Assembly (NCBI GenBank): GCA_965219415.1
Contig: CBDCNP010000002.1
Span: 1,920,001-1,984,000 of the forward strand
Origin: Candidatus Marinacidobacterales bacterium
GTDB taxonomy: Bacteria; Acidobacteriota; Vicinamibacteria; Marinacidobacterales; DATDRI01
Reading direction: 5' to 3'
DNA: 64,000 nucleotides
Position 1 is the stretch's first letter, and every line of letters starts with the position of its first letter. The translations under genes were made by a program, and so were the position numbers. Shown here piece after piece: positions 21,109-32,182 of the stretch. The notes beneath the pieces are model-generated. The model had not been told where the DNA came from, made no database searches, and saw only the letters and a list, made by a program, of their open reading frames with translations.

Positions 21109-21860
21109 TTGACCAAGGCGGCCCAGGCCGCTTCGGCCGCCATCGAGCTAGACCCAAGCCTGGCCGACGCGCACGTGTCGCTCGGGGAGGTGAGAATCCA
21201 CCAACTGCGCTGGAGCGAGGCTGAAGCCGCGTACCAAAGAGCTCTCGAGCTCGATGCAAACAGCGCGAGAGCGCACTATTTGTACGGCCATCATCTTATA
21301 AACGTCGGACGGCCCGAGGAGTCTGTGGCCGCGTTCATTCGCGCGAGGGAGCTGGATCCGCTCTCGGTCGGCCGTTGCGTGAACCTCGCGCGTGCCTACT
21401 CTTTAGTACGAGAAATGGGGCGTTCCGAAGAGCTCTGCAAGGAAGCCGTCCAGCTCGAGCCCAACCACCCCCTGGCACAGCTTTGCCTTGGGACCTGGAA
21501 CGTGTTGCAGGGGCACTACGCGGAGGCCATTCCTTACTCGAGACTTCTACCGCGTTGACGGACTCTCCGTGGAACCTGGCGGTTTTAGCGATGGTTTACG
21601 GTAAGACGGGGTGCGCGGACGAGGTCTTGGAGATACAAGAAGAGTTGATGAATCTGTCGGTCCAAGGGCGCGCCGTCACGGCGTCGATGGCCCTTACCCA
21701 TATCGGGCTTGGTGAGAAGGAGCAAGCACCGGATTGGTTGGAAAAAACCTTCGAACTGGGCGAGCCGGTTGCACGCCTCAATTACGTCCCTTTGTTGAAT
21801 AGTCTGCGCTTCGAGCCCCGCTTTCAGGAGCTCCTCGACCGCTTGAACCTGCCGGAGTGA
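21109..21860 (+). pseudogene. TPR-repeat fragment, 5'-truncated and frameshifted near 21540
   Basis: AIELDPSLADAH, RALELDANSARAH, ARELDPLS; end LRFEPRFQELLDRLNL typical of kinase/cyclase-associated TPR tails. Confidence 0.65.
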
Positions 21861-21902
21861 GAAAAGGGGCCGTCGGTACGCGCCATCGCGCGATAGCATC
21901 GC

Positions 21903-22298
21903 TTACCATATCGTTTTCAGTTCTGGGTAGTTCAGTAGTCTTTCGTCCTTGGTGACGAGGGGCACTCCGATAGTTAGGGCGGTCGCGGCGATGATTCGGT
22001 CCGCGAGATCCGGATGCATCGGGGTAGGCAGGAAGGCTGACTTCACTGCGATCGCGTTGTCGACCGGTATGAACTGGAACTGTGGCAAGGCCTCGCATTT
22101 CGCGAGCCAATCGCGGAAATCCATTCTTAGCTGAAGCCGTCCTTTCAGAACTAGGAGGGCCGTCTCCCAGACACTCATAGAGGAGATCAAGGCCAGCCTT
22201 TCTGCGGCCGCCTTCTCTACCGCCTCTTTCGCCTTTCGTGAGAGTTTCCCCGGATCACTCACAAACCAGATCCAGACGTGAGTGTCGAGGACGATCAC
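21903..22298 (-). CDS. vapC: VapC PIN-domain toxin
   Basis: VLDTHVWIW, SVWE, HPDLADRIIAATA, LVTKD; GTG start overlaps the antitoxin stop. Confidence 0.9.
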   Translation of the reverse strand: MIVLDTHVWIWFVSDPGKLSRKAKEAVEKAAAERLALISSMSVWETALLVLKGRLQLRMDFRDWLAKCEALPQFQFIPVDNAIAVKSAFLPTPMHPDLADRIIAATALTIGVPLVTKDERLLNYPELKTIW

Positions 22299-22528
22299 TT
22301 GAGGGATTCCCAATCCTCCAGCGCCACCGGCTCGGTTGGGTATTCATACTTCAATACCGAATGGCGCAGGTCGCGCATTACTTGGGCCGGGTCCTCGGAG
22401 TAAGGCACCACCTTTAGAACCGGCTGTCCCCGGTCCGTAATGACCAGGTCCTTACCCGTCTTCTGCACTTGACGGAAGTAGTAGAGGGCCCGGGCCTTGA
22501 ATTCCGACTTGGAGATCGATTGTTTCAT
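22295..22528 (-). CDS. Phd/YefM-family antitoxin
   Basis: ISKSEFKARAL..VQKTGKDLVITDRGQPV; coupled to vapC. Confidence 0.88.
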   Translation of the reverse strand: MKQSISKSEFKARALYYFRQVQKTGKDLVITDRGQPVLKVVPYSEDPAQVMRDLRHSVLKYEYPTEPVALEDWESLK

Positions 22529-22536
22529 ATGAACCC

Positions 22537-22568
22537 AATATGACCATGGTCATATTACCATAGTCATA
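22537..22568. promoter_or_regulatory. Putative TA autoregulatory operator
   Basis: Perfect 20-bp palindrome AATATGACCATGGTCATATT (22537-22556) overlapping an imperfect copy TATTACCATAGTCATA, just upstream of the antitoxin ATG. Confidence 0.75.
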
Positions 22569-22627
22569 AAGATCACGCAAGCGGAAACCTGGGATGACAA
22601 CAAGGGACCCCAGCTGGGCAATCAGGG

Positions 22628-23629
22628 CTACCGAAATGTCCCGGCGCCGAGGAAATGCTCTTTGAGGTAGGCGACTGTCTCGTAAAGGGTGTCTCCCGGA
22701 TCCCGCGAACAAAATCCTAGGGCGTGCTCGGCCTTCGATGCATCGAGGTACCAGAAGTAGCAGCTCATCTCGACGCTAACCCGATCGACCGGCGGTGCTT
22801 TCCCCCAATGCCGGTACAAAGCATCGACCGCTTGGCTGGTCCATTCGATCACCGGTGCTGGTAGTCGAAGTCGCGGCGCGGCCACCTTCGTAAGGCGTTC
22901 CAATCTGCCGAACAATTTCGGGAATTCCCAGTTGGGTCCGCCGAGCAAGTATCGTTCTCCTGGTACGCCCCGCTTCATGGCTTCGACAAAGGCGGGCGCG
23001 ACGTCCCGCACGTCTACGAAATTCAGTCCACCGGGCGGTATGGCGGGAATCTCCCGCGCGAGAAACTTTAGGATGTCGTCGGTCGAAGAGAGGCGCTCGT
23101 CTCCTGGACCGAGCAAGAGGCTCGGGTTCAAGATCACGAGCTCCGGACCTCCCTCAGTTTCTTGTCGGGCAACCTGCTCCTGATAGACCTTGCTAGTGTA
23201 ATAGGGCCAGCGCGAGATGATGTCGAGAGGCGTCGACCAGGTTTCGTCCGGGATCTTCTCGCCGTCTTCGGTGACCGCAATCGTTCCGCTCGACGAAGCC
23301 AACACGATACGCTCGACGCGGGCGCGACATGCTTCCCGACAAAGCAAACGGGTTCCGTCGACATGCAATTCGTACATGTCTCGCTGATCGTCGGGATTTC
23401 GAGAGACCTTCCCGGCAAGATGATAGACCTTCTGTATGCCCTTCAGGGCGCGACCGACGATTTCCGGTGAGGCGATCGAGCCTTCGACTAGCTCGACGCC
23501 TTTCTTAGCGAGTTTCTCCGGCGGGGAAGTACTCAGGACGCGAAGCTCATCCTCGCCTCGCTCCAAGAGAAGCTCGACGAGATGGCTTCCAAGGAAGCCC
23601 GTTGCACCGGTGATGAGAACCTTCGGCAT
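22628..23629 (-). CDS. elbE: NAD-dependent epimerase/dehydratase, ElbE-like
   Basis: ITGATGFLG, YYTSK, FVDVRDVA, GERYLLG; position after elbD. Confidence 0.8.
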   Translation of the reverse strand: MPKVLITGATGFLGSHLVELLLERGEDELRVLSTSPPEKLAKKGVELVEGSIASPEIVGRALKGIQKVYHLAGKVSRNPDDQRDMYELHVDGTRLLCREACRARVERIVLASSSGTIAVTEDGEKIPDETWSTPLDIISRWPYYTSKVYQEQVARQETEGGPELVILNPSLLLGPGDERLSSTDDILKFLAREIPAIPPGGLNFVDVRDVAPAFVEAMKRGVPGERYLLGGPNWEFPKLFGRLERLTKVAAPRLRLPAPVIEWTSQAVDALYRHWGKAPPVDRVSVEMSCYFWYLDASKAEHALGFCSRDPGDTLYETVAYLKEHFLGAGTFR

Positions 23630-23641
23630 GGTGACTCGCGC

Positions 23642-26600
23642 CTAGGATTTTTTGCTGCGGCCGCTGGTCACGGGAACGGCGTCTCGAGCCGGCCGCTCGG
23701 TGCGATATTCCTGACGTATGGCCTGCGCCTCTTCCTCGATCCGCGTCTCGCGTCCATCGCGAAGATCTTCAACCACCCGCTCGACCAATCGAGTCACCGC
23801 CCGCTCGGCGTCCGAGCGTGCAAGCCCCTCTCCAACCCGCTGAAACAATTCGGGCTGGAGGTACGGTCCGATCACCGCGCTCACCTCGCGTGATTTCAGA
23901 TACCAACCTCCCGGCGGCAAGGCTTCGTGGGTACTGAGATACATCGGAAGTACCCCGACCTTGGCGCGCAAGACAAGGTGACCAAGGCCGCGCTGGAAAC
24001 GTTGCATGCGGCCACTTCGAGAGCGCGTACCCTCCGGGAAGAGCAGCAGGTTGTACCCTTGTTCGACGATATTGAGTGCCCACTCGAGTGATTTCCGGAG
24101 GGATCCCTTTCGCTCCATGGGCGCGAGGTTGGTGAAGTTCTCGAAGAAGGCTCGCTTCAGACGGTTATCGAAGAAGTAATCGGCAGCGGCCAATGCGACG
24201 AGATTCTTTCCTGCGTCGCCGAGCGCCGTTTTCACGAGTCCCATGTCCAAGTGGGACGAGTGATTCGCCGCGACGATGAAATGCGTATGCTTTGGTATGT
24301 GCCCTCGGCCGTGAAATTCCGGGTTCAACACTTCGTGGTAGAACCACCCCTGGGCCGCGGTCAGGCCCTGACGCCCGAGGTTGGCGATCAGAGGAGGAAC
24401 AGCAATTTCCTTTTCCTCCTTCTTCTCCGCGACCGCGCGTGCAGCAACCTTTCGGTCGGCGCTCACCGGCTTCCGTTTGAGATAGTCCACGAGCTCTCGA
24501 ATGTCGTTCAAGCCCGCCAGGACATCCGGCGAAGGCACGTCGCCGGTGGTGCTTTCGAGGGCCGTCGCAAGCTCGTTGTACATCAGGCTGTCGAACCCCA
24601 GCTCATCGAGTCGGCTATCGAGACGTACTTCGGCGCGCGGTTTCTCGCAAATGGTCGCCACCACATCGAGGAGCCAGTTCGAATCGAGCCCGGGGGCTTC
24701 GCTGGAAGGCGCCGGCCGCGCGTCGCTCTCTCGTTTGAGCTCTTGCATCAACGCGACGATCTCTCGACGCTTGATCTTTCGCGTCGACGTGCGCGGCAGC
24801 TCTTTGTCGGTAAACTGGAGGATCTTGGCTCTTTTGTAGAGAGGCAGCCGGCTGGACGCGCTCTGGAAATGCCTTTCTATTTCGGCGCGAAGCTCCCCTT
24901 CACTCATCGACTTGTTGTCCTCGACATTAGGCACCACCAGGCAAGCCACCCGCTCGGCCGCGCCGTCAGGAAAACCCACTACCGCGAGCTCTTTGATCCA
25001 TTTCGGATCGGCGTAGACTTCTTCGAGCTCGTCGGGGTACACGTTCTTGCCATTCCCGTCGACTATCATCTCCTTCAAGCGACCGACGATATGGAGATTA
25101 CCCTCTTGGTCCATTCGACCGAGGTCCCCGGTGTGGAGCCATCCATCGCGCAGCACTTCCTTGGTCGCCCGCTCGTTCCCGTAATAACCCGCCATGATGT
25201 TGGGGCCGCGGGCGAGGACTTCACCCACGCCCCGGGCGTCCGGAGTGTCGATGCGGATGTCGATTCCGGGTAAAGGCTGCCCCACGCTGCCAGGAATGGG
25301 ACGGCCGGTAGGCGGGGTGACGGTGAGCACCGGTGCCGCTTCGGTCATGCCGTAGCCTTCGTTGAGATTGAATCCCAGACCGCGAAACGTTTTGAGTGTC
25401 GATTCGGAGAGTGCCGAGCCACCGCTGATGAGGTAGCGGATCCTTCCCCCGAAACCAAGGTGAACCGGCGAGAAAAGGAGTGGACCCAGGTTGAAAGGAG
25501 TCTCGCCGCGCAACAAGTAGTTTCCGTCGATGAGCGCGGTAGCGATGTCCTCGAGCTTGGTCGAGCGGTCGGAGAGACGGCTCAGCACGCGTCGCTTCAG
25601 GAGATCCCAAAGAGCCGGAACACCCACGATGCATGTGACGTGTCCCTTCTTGAGCGTCCTGGTCATGGTGTCACCGGTGAGCTCGGTTAAATACGTGATC
25701 TGTGCTCCACGGCTGAGGGGAAGGAGAAACCCGGTCGCGAACTCGAACGAATGGTGAAGCGGCAGCGCGCTCAACATCCCGTCCTCGTTGTTGATGTCGT
25801 AGACGGTTAGGAGCTTGGCAACCAGACTCGTGAAGTTCCGGTGCGTCAACATGACCCCTTTGGGGTTTCCGGTGGTGCCGGACGTGAAGATGATGGAGGC
25901 CAACGCCTTGGGACCGACCCTCTCTGGAAGCGCGGCGATTCTTTCGCGCTCGACGGCTTCGTCACCGAGAGCAAAGATCTCTTGGAACGCCCATACTGGA
26001 GACTTGACGTCGACCACCGCGAGCTGACGATCGAGCTCGACATGCTTCTTCTTAAGCTCATCACTAATAACCAACCCGGTCGCTTCGCCGAGGCGTATCA
26101 GGTTGACGATCTCTTCTGTGGTCGCCTCCTTTTCGATCGGAATGCAGGTTGCGCCGGCTTTCAAGATACCGAAATAGCTCATGCCCCACTCGGGGGAATT
26201 CTCGGCGACCAAACCGATGCGCTCGCCCTCTCTCACGCCCTGGCCTACGAAGTACGCGGCCGCGCGGTGTACGCACTCTCTCAGATCGTCATAGGTGTAA
26301 CGTTCTTCGCGCCCCTTCCTCTCGATGCGCATGGCAATGCGGCCGGCGTGGTTCTTGGTCGCCGCATCGAAGAGCTCGGACAGGCTGCCGTAGGTATAGA
26401 TCCGTCGCGGCTTAACCTTTTCCGCTTCGTCCAACCGTGGGAACACCCACTTCTCGAGGCCGGGAAGATGAACCTTCAGCCAATAGTCATACCAATTGAG
26501 CGAGGCGATACCCCAGGGAAGAAGCTCTCGTTCCTCGGCGGGCATTCTCTCGAAAATCGCACGAGTGTTATCCGCTCGGAACGTGTAGTCGTTGTCGACG

Positions 26601-28057
26601 ATGAAGGGGCGGAAGGTTTGGTATTGCTCTTCACCCTGACTCGTGAAGCTCTCGAAGCGTTTCACCGCGTCCCGGGCCTGCTCGACGACGCCGCCGAAAG
26701 GACCGAGCTGCTGGGGTGGCAGTTGCTCCAGAAGTTCTTGAATCTTCCGCGTACCGCGATGCAACATCGGCATCGAGATCCGCTCGAAACGGTCCGGGCT
26801 CACCGCCTGTGCTTCCATGCGGGCAGCGATCTCGTTGAGAAGACGCGAACCGGTCTCCTTTTCTTTGAAGTGCTTTCTCTTATAAAGCCCAAGCAAGACG
26901 ACGAGTCGCCCCAAGCGCGCCGGATTCGTATCTCCCGAGCATACTTGGTGCACCAGCGCCGGCTCTTCCACCAAGGCCTGCGCAGTCGCCGCCAGCACCA
27001 CCGCCGCCGTGTGATCGACCGGGATGATGTCCAGCGTGAGATTTTCTTCGACTGGAAAGAGGTTCTGGCCTTTCAAGGCCATCCGGATGAGCGGAGCGGT
27101 TGTAGTGAAGCCCTCATTCCACCCAGGGAAGGGGAACTCCAACGAGCTCTCGACGATGGCCGGGCGGATGATTGTGCGGGCGATATCGGTCTCCGCCGCC
27201 ACGAGCTGCTCTCCCAAACTCTTGGTGTAGGTGTAGATGTTGGGCCAACCCCACCAGTTCGCCTTTTCGATTCCGAGATCAGTCAGGCGAGAGCGGATCC
27301 AGTTCTTTCGCTCGCGCGCCACCGCGAGGCGAAGCGCCTTTTCATCATCTGGATCCCGACCCTCTTCGAGGAAACGCTTCTTGGCCGCCTCTTGGAACCG
27401 ATCGACCAGCGAATTATCCTGTGCCTCGTCCCTTACCCGGGCCGCGAGGCGCTCGCAGTCCCTAATCTCCCGCTCGACGGAGAAGTGAGGGACCTCGGGC
27501 TCTCCTTTCCTAGGGAAATAGCCGACGAGTGGCTCGTTCTCCCAGATCTGGCCGGACCGGTTTCCGGCGACGAAACAGGTGCTGACATGGACGAGCGCCG
27601 GTCGCTTCATCCGCTTGGCGAAGGCAATGATATTGAGAGTCCCGGTGACGTTGGTCTTGAGAGCGGCTTCGAGCGGCGGATTGAAGGTCACCCGGCCCGA
27701 GCTATTCACCAGAACGTCGATGTCGGAAGCGATGCGTGCCGCTTGTTCTTCGGAGTAGCCAAGGTTCTCATCGGTAATGTCGCCACCGACGATCACAAGC
27801 TTCTTGTGAAGAAAGGCCTCGAGCCCAGAGGCGTATCGTGCCCGCAGCGGATCGAACGCCGGGGAGGGCAGGATGGTCTCCCAGAAACGGCTTTCGCTTT
27901 CCGCATCGGAGGCCGCACGAACCATCAAGTAGACCCGGCCGATCTGGGGAAAGCGATCGAGCAACATGCTCAGGACGACCTTGCCGAGAAAACCGGTCCC
28001 TCCGAGAAGGAAGATACGTCGGCCGGCGAAGGCCTCGCTAGGCTTTAGGTCGGACAA
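23642..28057 (-). CDS. elbD: Multidomain fatty acyl reductase / acyl-CoA synthetase / ACP / acyltransferase, ElbD-like
   Basis: GGTGFLGK and YTYTK (reductase), FTSGTTGNPKG (adenylation), GFDSL (Ppant site), NHSSHLD and FPEGTRS (PlsC-type). Confidence 0.9.
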   Translation of the reverse strand: MSDLKPSEAFAGRRIFLLGGTGFLGKVVLSMLLDRFPQIGRVYLMVRAASDAESESRFWETILPSPAFDPLRARYASGLEAFLHKKLVIVGGDITDENLGYSEEQAARIASDIDVLVNSSGRVTFNPPLEAALKTNVTGTLNIIAFAKRMKRPALVHVSTCFVAGNRSGQIWENEPLVGYFPRKGEPEVPHFSVEREIRDCERLAARVRDEAQDNSLVDRFQEAAKKRFLEEGRDPDDEKALRLAVARERKNWIRSRLTDLGIEKANWWGWPNIYTYTKSLGEQLVAAETDIARTIIRPAIVESSLEFPFPGWNEGFTTTAPLIRMALKGQNLFPVEENLTLDIIPVDHTAAVVLAATAQALVEEPALVHQVCSGDTNPARLGRLVVLLGLYKRKHFKEKETGSRLLNEIAARMEAQAVSPDRFERISMPMLHRGTRKIQELLEQLPPQQLGPFGGVVEQARDAVKRFESFTSQGEEQYQTFRPFIVDNDYTFRADNTRAIFERMPAEERELLPWGIASLNWYDYWLKVHLPGLEKWVFPRLDEAEKVKPRRIYTYGSLSELFDAATKNHAGRIAMRIERKGREERYTYDDLRECVHRAAAYFVGQGVREGERIGLVAENSPEWGMSYFGILKAGATCIPIEKEATTEEIVNLIRLGEATGLVISDELKKKHVELDRQLAVVDVKSPVWAFQEIFALGDEAVERERIAALPERVGPKALASIIFTSGTTGNPKGVMLTHRNFTSLVAKLLTVYDINNEDGMLSALPLHHSFEFATGFLLPLSRGAQITYLTELTGDTMTRTLKKGHVTCIVGVPALWDLLKRRVLSRLSDRSTKLEDIATALIDGNYLLRGETPFNLGPLLFSPVHLGFGGRIRYLISGGSALSESTLKTFRGLGFNLNEGYGMTEAAPVLTVTPPTGRPIPGSVGQPLPGIDIRIDTPDARGVGEVLARGPNIMAGYYGNERATKEVLRDGWLHTGDLGRMDQEGNLHIVGRLKEMIVDGNGKNVYPDELEEVYADPKWIKELAVVGFPDGAAERVACLVVPNVEDNKSMSEGELRAEIERHFQSASSRLPLYKRAKILQFTDKELPRTSTRKIKRREIVALMQELKRESDARPAPSSEAPGLDSNWLLDVVATICEKPRAEVRLDSRLDELGFDSLMYNELATALESTTGDVPSPDVLAGLNDIRELVDYLKRKPVSADRKVAARAVAEKKEEKEIAVPPLIANLGRQGLTAAQGWFYHEVLNPEFHGRGHIPKHTHFIVAANHSSHLDMGLVKTALGDAGKNLVALAAADYFFDNRLKRAFFENFTNLAPMERKGSLRKSLEWALNIVEQGYNLLLFPEGTRSRSGRMQRFQRGLGHLVLRAKVGVLPMYLSTHEALPPGGWYLKSREVSAVIGPYLQPELFQRVGEGLARSDAERAVTRLVERVVEDLRDGRETRIEEEAQAIRQEYRTERPARDAVPVTSGRSKKS

Positions 28058-28069
28058 GATCTTCTCCGC

Positions 28070-29668
28070 TTACTCGACTTCCGGGATCACGATGGGCGGC
28101 AAGTGCAACATCGAGATCTCAGCCGAAGGCCCGGTAAAACTGCGGGCCATCGCGATCGCTTCCGCGATCGACTCCGCCCGTTCCCAACCCAGGAGAGACG
28201 GTACGTGCTCGGTTTCAGCACCGGCGACAATGATCTTCCCGGCGTGACGGCGGCCATTCTCTCCCCAGTACCACATAAAGAAAGGATGGGCGCCATGATA
28301 AGCATTGCCTTGGCGATACATCTGGATGTAGCTCGGATTCTTGGCGAACTCTTCTTCGTATTTCTCGCGAAGCGCGAAGGAATCCCTGGTCTCAGGAAGC
28401 ACGCGGTTAAAGAACTCGATGTAGCTGGGGTGGAACTTGGCATCGAACTCGTCGTAACACGGATGCGCGAGAATCAAAACGCCGCCCTTTTTCAACAAAG
28501 GCTTACCGCGATACATGTTGAAGAAATAGCCGGGGCCCATGACCTGGACCAGAAGCGGGTTCAAAATCGAGTTCACGTTATAGGGAGAGATGTAGGGGAT
28601 ACCCACGATCAAGATGTCGGCCTGTCCCTTGACACGAACCGCGTATTGTTTGAACGATCGCTCGAGGGTGCGCTCGTGGACCGGGTCCGTCTTGCCGGCA
28701 TTGCAGGCGATCATCTGGAAGTGCGCCGGTATCGCGTGCAGGAACGCTCGTTTCGCCGCGCGGGGCATCTTCTCGAGCGACCAACGAGTGGCTCGCAACT
28801 TGAGGCGATCGGCTTCGGTGAAATCGTCTTCGTTCTTTCCCAGGAAATTCAGTTGATCGAAATACATCCGGTTGTTGAGCACGGTCTCGATGTGGAAGAC
28901 GTTGAGGTTCTTGTCGACCAGCTTTCCCATGCGATCGCACTTTTTCGCCAGGGCGGAACGAGGCGGATTCATGTAGCCGTCGGAGTCGATGATCGTCTGC
29001 GGCTCGTGGTGGGAGGTGAGACTTTCGTAGTCACAGAGCCCCACCGTCACCGACTTATGACCGCCATCCATGGGAACCAAATTGATGTTGATGTAAATGA
29101 CGAGATCGCTTTCACAGGCTCGCCGATTGATTCGAAGAACCTCGCCATGCTTGGTCTTTCCGAGATTGACCAGGCCGTCGGGGTCCTCGGCATCGTGGCA
29201 GTAATAGCGATCGGGATAGAACTCTTTGTGAATCTTCGAGCCCACCATCCTCCGCATCTCGGATCCCGTCATCTTTCGATGCAGCGAGTTAGCCACGACC
29301 AAATGGATATCGTCGACGCCATGGTCGGAAAGCATCTCCAACACGACTTCGAGGACGGTCTGTCGGACGTCGGGCGGAAGCATGGGTGGAAGCGGAAGAC
29401 TGACGTCGTCGAGTGCCACCGTGACCTTCATGCCGGGCGTAAGCTGTGCATAGAGCGGATCGCATCCCAACGGGTTGTTCAGAGCGTATCTAACGGCGGC
29501 TCGGGGATTGGGCAGGCCTTGGATCGATGGCTTGGGATAAATGACCCGCGTGCCGACCGGCAGATCCACTTCTAGGAAATCCTCTCCGAAATGGAGGACG
29601 CGAGGGGCCGAATCAGTGTCGATCATGACCGTCGCCGGATCCAGCTTGCGACGCAAGAGAGGACTCAT
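28070..29668 (-). CDS. elbC: LarA/DUF2088-domain protein, ElbC-like
   Basis: [40 protein letters not shown]. Confidence 0.8.
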   Translation of the reverse strand: MSPLLRRKLDPATVMIDTDSAPRVLHFGEDFLEVDLPVGTRVIYPKPSIQGLPNPRAAVRYALNNPLGCDPLYAQLTPGMKVTVALDDVSLPLPPMLPPDVRQTVLEVVLEMLSDHGVDDIHLVVANSLHRKMTGSEMRRMVGSKIHKEFYPDRYYCHDAEDPDGLVNLGKTKHGEVLRINRRACESDLVIYININLVPMDGGHKSVTVGLCDYESLTSHHEPQTIIDSDGYMNPPRSALAKKCDRMGKLVDKNLNVFHIETVLNNRMYFDQLNFLGKNEDDFTEADRLKLRATRWSLEKMPRAAKRAFLHAIPAHFQMIACNAGKTDPVHERTLERSFKQYAVRVKGQADILIVGIPYISPYNVNSILNPLLVQVMGPGYFFNMYRGKPLLKKGGVLILAHPCYDEFDAKFHPSYIEFFNRVLPETRDSFALREKYEEEFAKNPSYIQMYRQGNAYHGAHPFFMWYWGENGRRHAGKIIVAGAETEHVPSLLGWERAESIAEAIAMARSFTGPSAEISMLHLPPIVIPEVE

Positions 29669-29692
29669 GAAGTCGGTTCCTTTCGCTTCTTC

Positions 29693-30355
29693 CTATTTGA
29701 GAGAAAGAATCGGCCAGTCGTGACGGAGCGCCGTGCTCCGCAGCCTGAGATCGGGATTAGTGGCGGTCGGATGACCCACCATGGAAAGCATGGGAAGGTC
29801 GCTCATGCTATCGGCGTAGCAGAAGCATTCACTCAGAGAAATGCTCTCGCGCTCGGCGTAGGTCCGGATCCAGGACGCCTTGGTCGCGCTCGCCATGATC
29901 GGAGGTACCAGTCGACCGGTGGCCACGCTGTCCACGAACTCCAATCGGTTGGCCACATACTCCTCGATTCCTAGATGTCTCAGCAAAGGCTGAATGCTGA
30001 TATCGAGCGCACCGGTGACCACCACCTGACGCAAACCCAAGCTTCGAGACTTGTCTAACAACTCCGTCGTTCCCGGATAGATCGACGGCTTGATCACGTC
30101 GTCGAACAGGTCCTGAGAGAGGTAACGGAGCCGGTCCTCGGACTGGTTGCGATACCACTTGAAGAAGAGATCGTTGAAGACCTTTCGGCTGTAGACATCG
30201 GTGGCGAGGAATAGCGGGATACCGAGAAACGTCGCGGCCGTCCGCCCCAGGCTCCGGAGTATGCCTTGGTCGTTTCGGGCGTAGAAGGCGAACGTGTGCA
30301 CGAGATTCGTGCTCAAGAGTGTCCCGTCCAAATCGTAGAAAGCCGCCGCCGGCAA
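29693..30355 (-). CDS. elbB: HAD-IB phosphatase, ElbB-like
   Basis: FYDLDGTL, VVTGA, YADSMSDLPML..VGHP..NPD. Confidence 0.8.
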   Translation of the reverse strand: MPAAAFYDLDGTLLSTNLVHTFAFYARNDQGILRSLGRTAATFLGIPLFLATDVYSRKVFNDLFFKWYRNQSEDRLRYLSQDLFDDVIKPSIYPGTTELLDKSRSLGLRQVVVTGALDISIQPLLRHLGIEEYVANRLEFVDSVATGRLVPPIMASATKASWIRTYAERESISLSECFCYADSMSDLPMLSMVGHPTATNPDLRLRSTALRHDWPILSLK

Positions 30356-30676
30356 AGTCTCTATTCCTTATTATTTGGGAAGGGGGAACGCGGCATCGCT
30401 CCCCCGCCGAATCCACGATAATCGTAGGATCATACGCGGTTGCGCCTAAACTCTCAACTCGCCCCTGACTACCTCCGGATCCAGCAACCACGTAGTTGGG
30501 GTGCGACCACGCCACCTCCGGCTGCAACAACCACTTATAGCTGGACGGCCTTGGATTACTAGCAATCCCGCGGCTCGGGTGCCCTCCGGCCTTTTGTTCG
30601 TTTTCATTTCGCCTTGAGGCCGGTTGGCGAGGATTCCGTTGACTGGGGCGAGGCTGGGATCTAGGATGGGCGCTCT

Positions 30677-31681
30677 ATGTCTTTTCGCCGCGCCACCATT
30701 ACCGGCATGGGCCGCTTCCTTCCAGAAAAGATCCTCACCAATGCCGACCTCGAAAAGATGGTCGACACTTCCGATGAATGGATCATAAGCCGGACCGGGA
30801 TCCGCGAGCGTCACATCGCCGAGGGGATGGCCACGTCGGACCTGGCCACCCGCGCCGCCCGAGATCTGTTGTCGAAACGTGGGCTGACTCCAGACGACAT
30901 CGATCTCATCATCGTGGCCACCGTCACGCCGGACATGTTCTTTCCCGCAACCGCCTGCTTGGTTCAGGACAAGCTGGGGGCGAGCCGCGCCTGGGGGTTC
31001 GATCTTTCCGCCGCTTGTTGCGGTTTCGTATACGCGCTCACGACGGGTGCCCACTTCGTGGCCGGTGGCTCCCACGACCGTGTCCTGGTCATTGGTGCGG
31101 ACGTCATGAGCAGCATCATCGATTACGAGGACCGCACGACGTGCGTGCTCTTCGGCGATGGTGCCGGTGCCGTCCTACTGGAGCCCGCAGAGGACGATTC
31201 GGGCGGCCTCATAGATTTCAACCACCACATTGACGGAAGCGGCGGCTTCTTTCTCTACATGCCTGGAGGCGGAAGCATGAACCCGACCTCAGACAAGACG
31301 GTGGCCGAAAAACTCCACTACGTGCATCAAGCCGGCCCCCAGATCTTCAAGTTTGCGGTCCGGCAGACCTACGAAGCCGCGTCGTCCCTGCTCAAGAAGC
31401 ACGGCCTCAATGCCTCAGATATTTCCCTGCTCGTCTCACACCAAGCGAACGCCCGGATCTTGGACGCGGCGGCCGAGCAGCTAGGCCTTCCGTCGGAGAA
31501 GGCCATCAAGAACATCGACAAGTACGGTAATACCACCGCCGCCACGATCCCCCTCGCGCTCACCGACGCTCAGGAACAGGGGCTCCTCAAACCCGGCGAG
31601 CTCATCCTAATGGCTTCCGTCGGCGCCGGGCTCACGGTGGGCTCGTGTCTGTTCCGCTGGACCGGTTTGAAATCGGCCTGA
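30677..31681 (+). CDS. fabH: 3-oxoacyl-ACP synthase III
   Basis: [36 protein letters not shown]. Confidence 0.95.
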   Translation: MSFRRATITGMGRFLPEKILTNADLEKMVDTSDEWIISRTGIRERHIAEGMATSDLATRAARDLLSKRGLTPDDIDLIIVATVTPDMFFPATACLVQDKLGASRAWGFDLSAACCGFVYALTTGAHFVAGGSHDRVLVIGADVMSSIIDYEDRTTCVLFGDGAGAVLLEPAEDDSGGLIDFNHHIDGSGGFFLYMPGGGSMNPTSDKTVAEKLHYVHQAGPQIFKFAVRQTYEAASSLLKKHGLNASDISLLVSHQANARILDAAAEQLGLPSEKAIKNIDKYGNTTAATIPLALTDAQEQGLLKPGELILMASVGAGLTVGSCLFRWTGLKSA

Positions 31682-31735
31682 TTCGGAACGGAGCGGAAGG
31701 GGCGGATCCGATCCAACTCCGTCTGGAGGGTTCCA

Positions 31736-32182
31736 ATGAAAAAATGCGTGTGTCTTGGCGCCTACCTCGTCGTATTCACTCTTATCGCGTGCCAACCACC
31801 AACTCGTTCAGCGCCCAACGCTCGAGAAGAGTTTCAGTTCAGTGAGGACTGGAAGTCTCGTCAGGCCCTGGTTCCGGTGGCCCTGGGACGTGAACCTGCC
31901 GACGTGGTTGTGAAGGGTGGGCAAGTCTTCATCACGCAGACCGGTGAGTTCAAAGACGGATGGATCATCGCGACCAAGGGAAAACGGATCGCCTATCTCG
32001 GACCAGAGGACGAGACACCGAAGGCCGCTGCCGATCTAAGAATGATAGACACGCTGGTCGGGCCGGGGACCAAGGTCCTCGACGCCTCGGGTCAAACACT
32101 CGTGCCCGGATTCGGTCATAGCCACGGCCACATCGAATCGAGCCGACTGACTCCCGACCGCTTCGCGCAAGTGGCTTTGCCC
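31736..32182 (+). pseudogene. Adenine-deaminase-like lipoprotein, N-terminal fragment cut by IS5
   Basis: Lipobox LIAC; ALGREPADVVVKGG, PGFGHSHGHIESSRLTP; homology ends at the IS5 IR. Confidence 0.75.

Noticed and set aside
25841-29575. Long + strand ORFs of 735 and 490 aa
   Set aside because: They are antisense shadows of elbD and elbC in GC-rich DNA and show no motifs.
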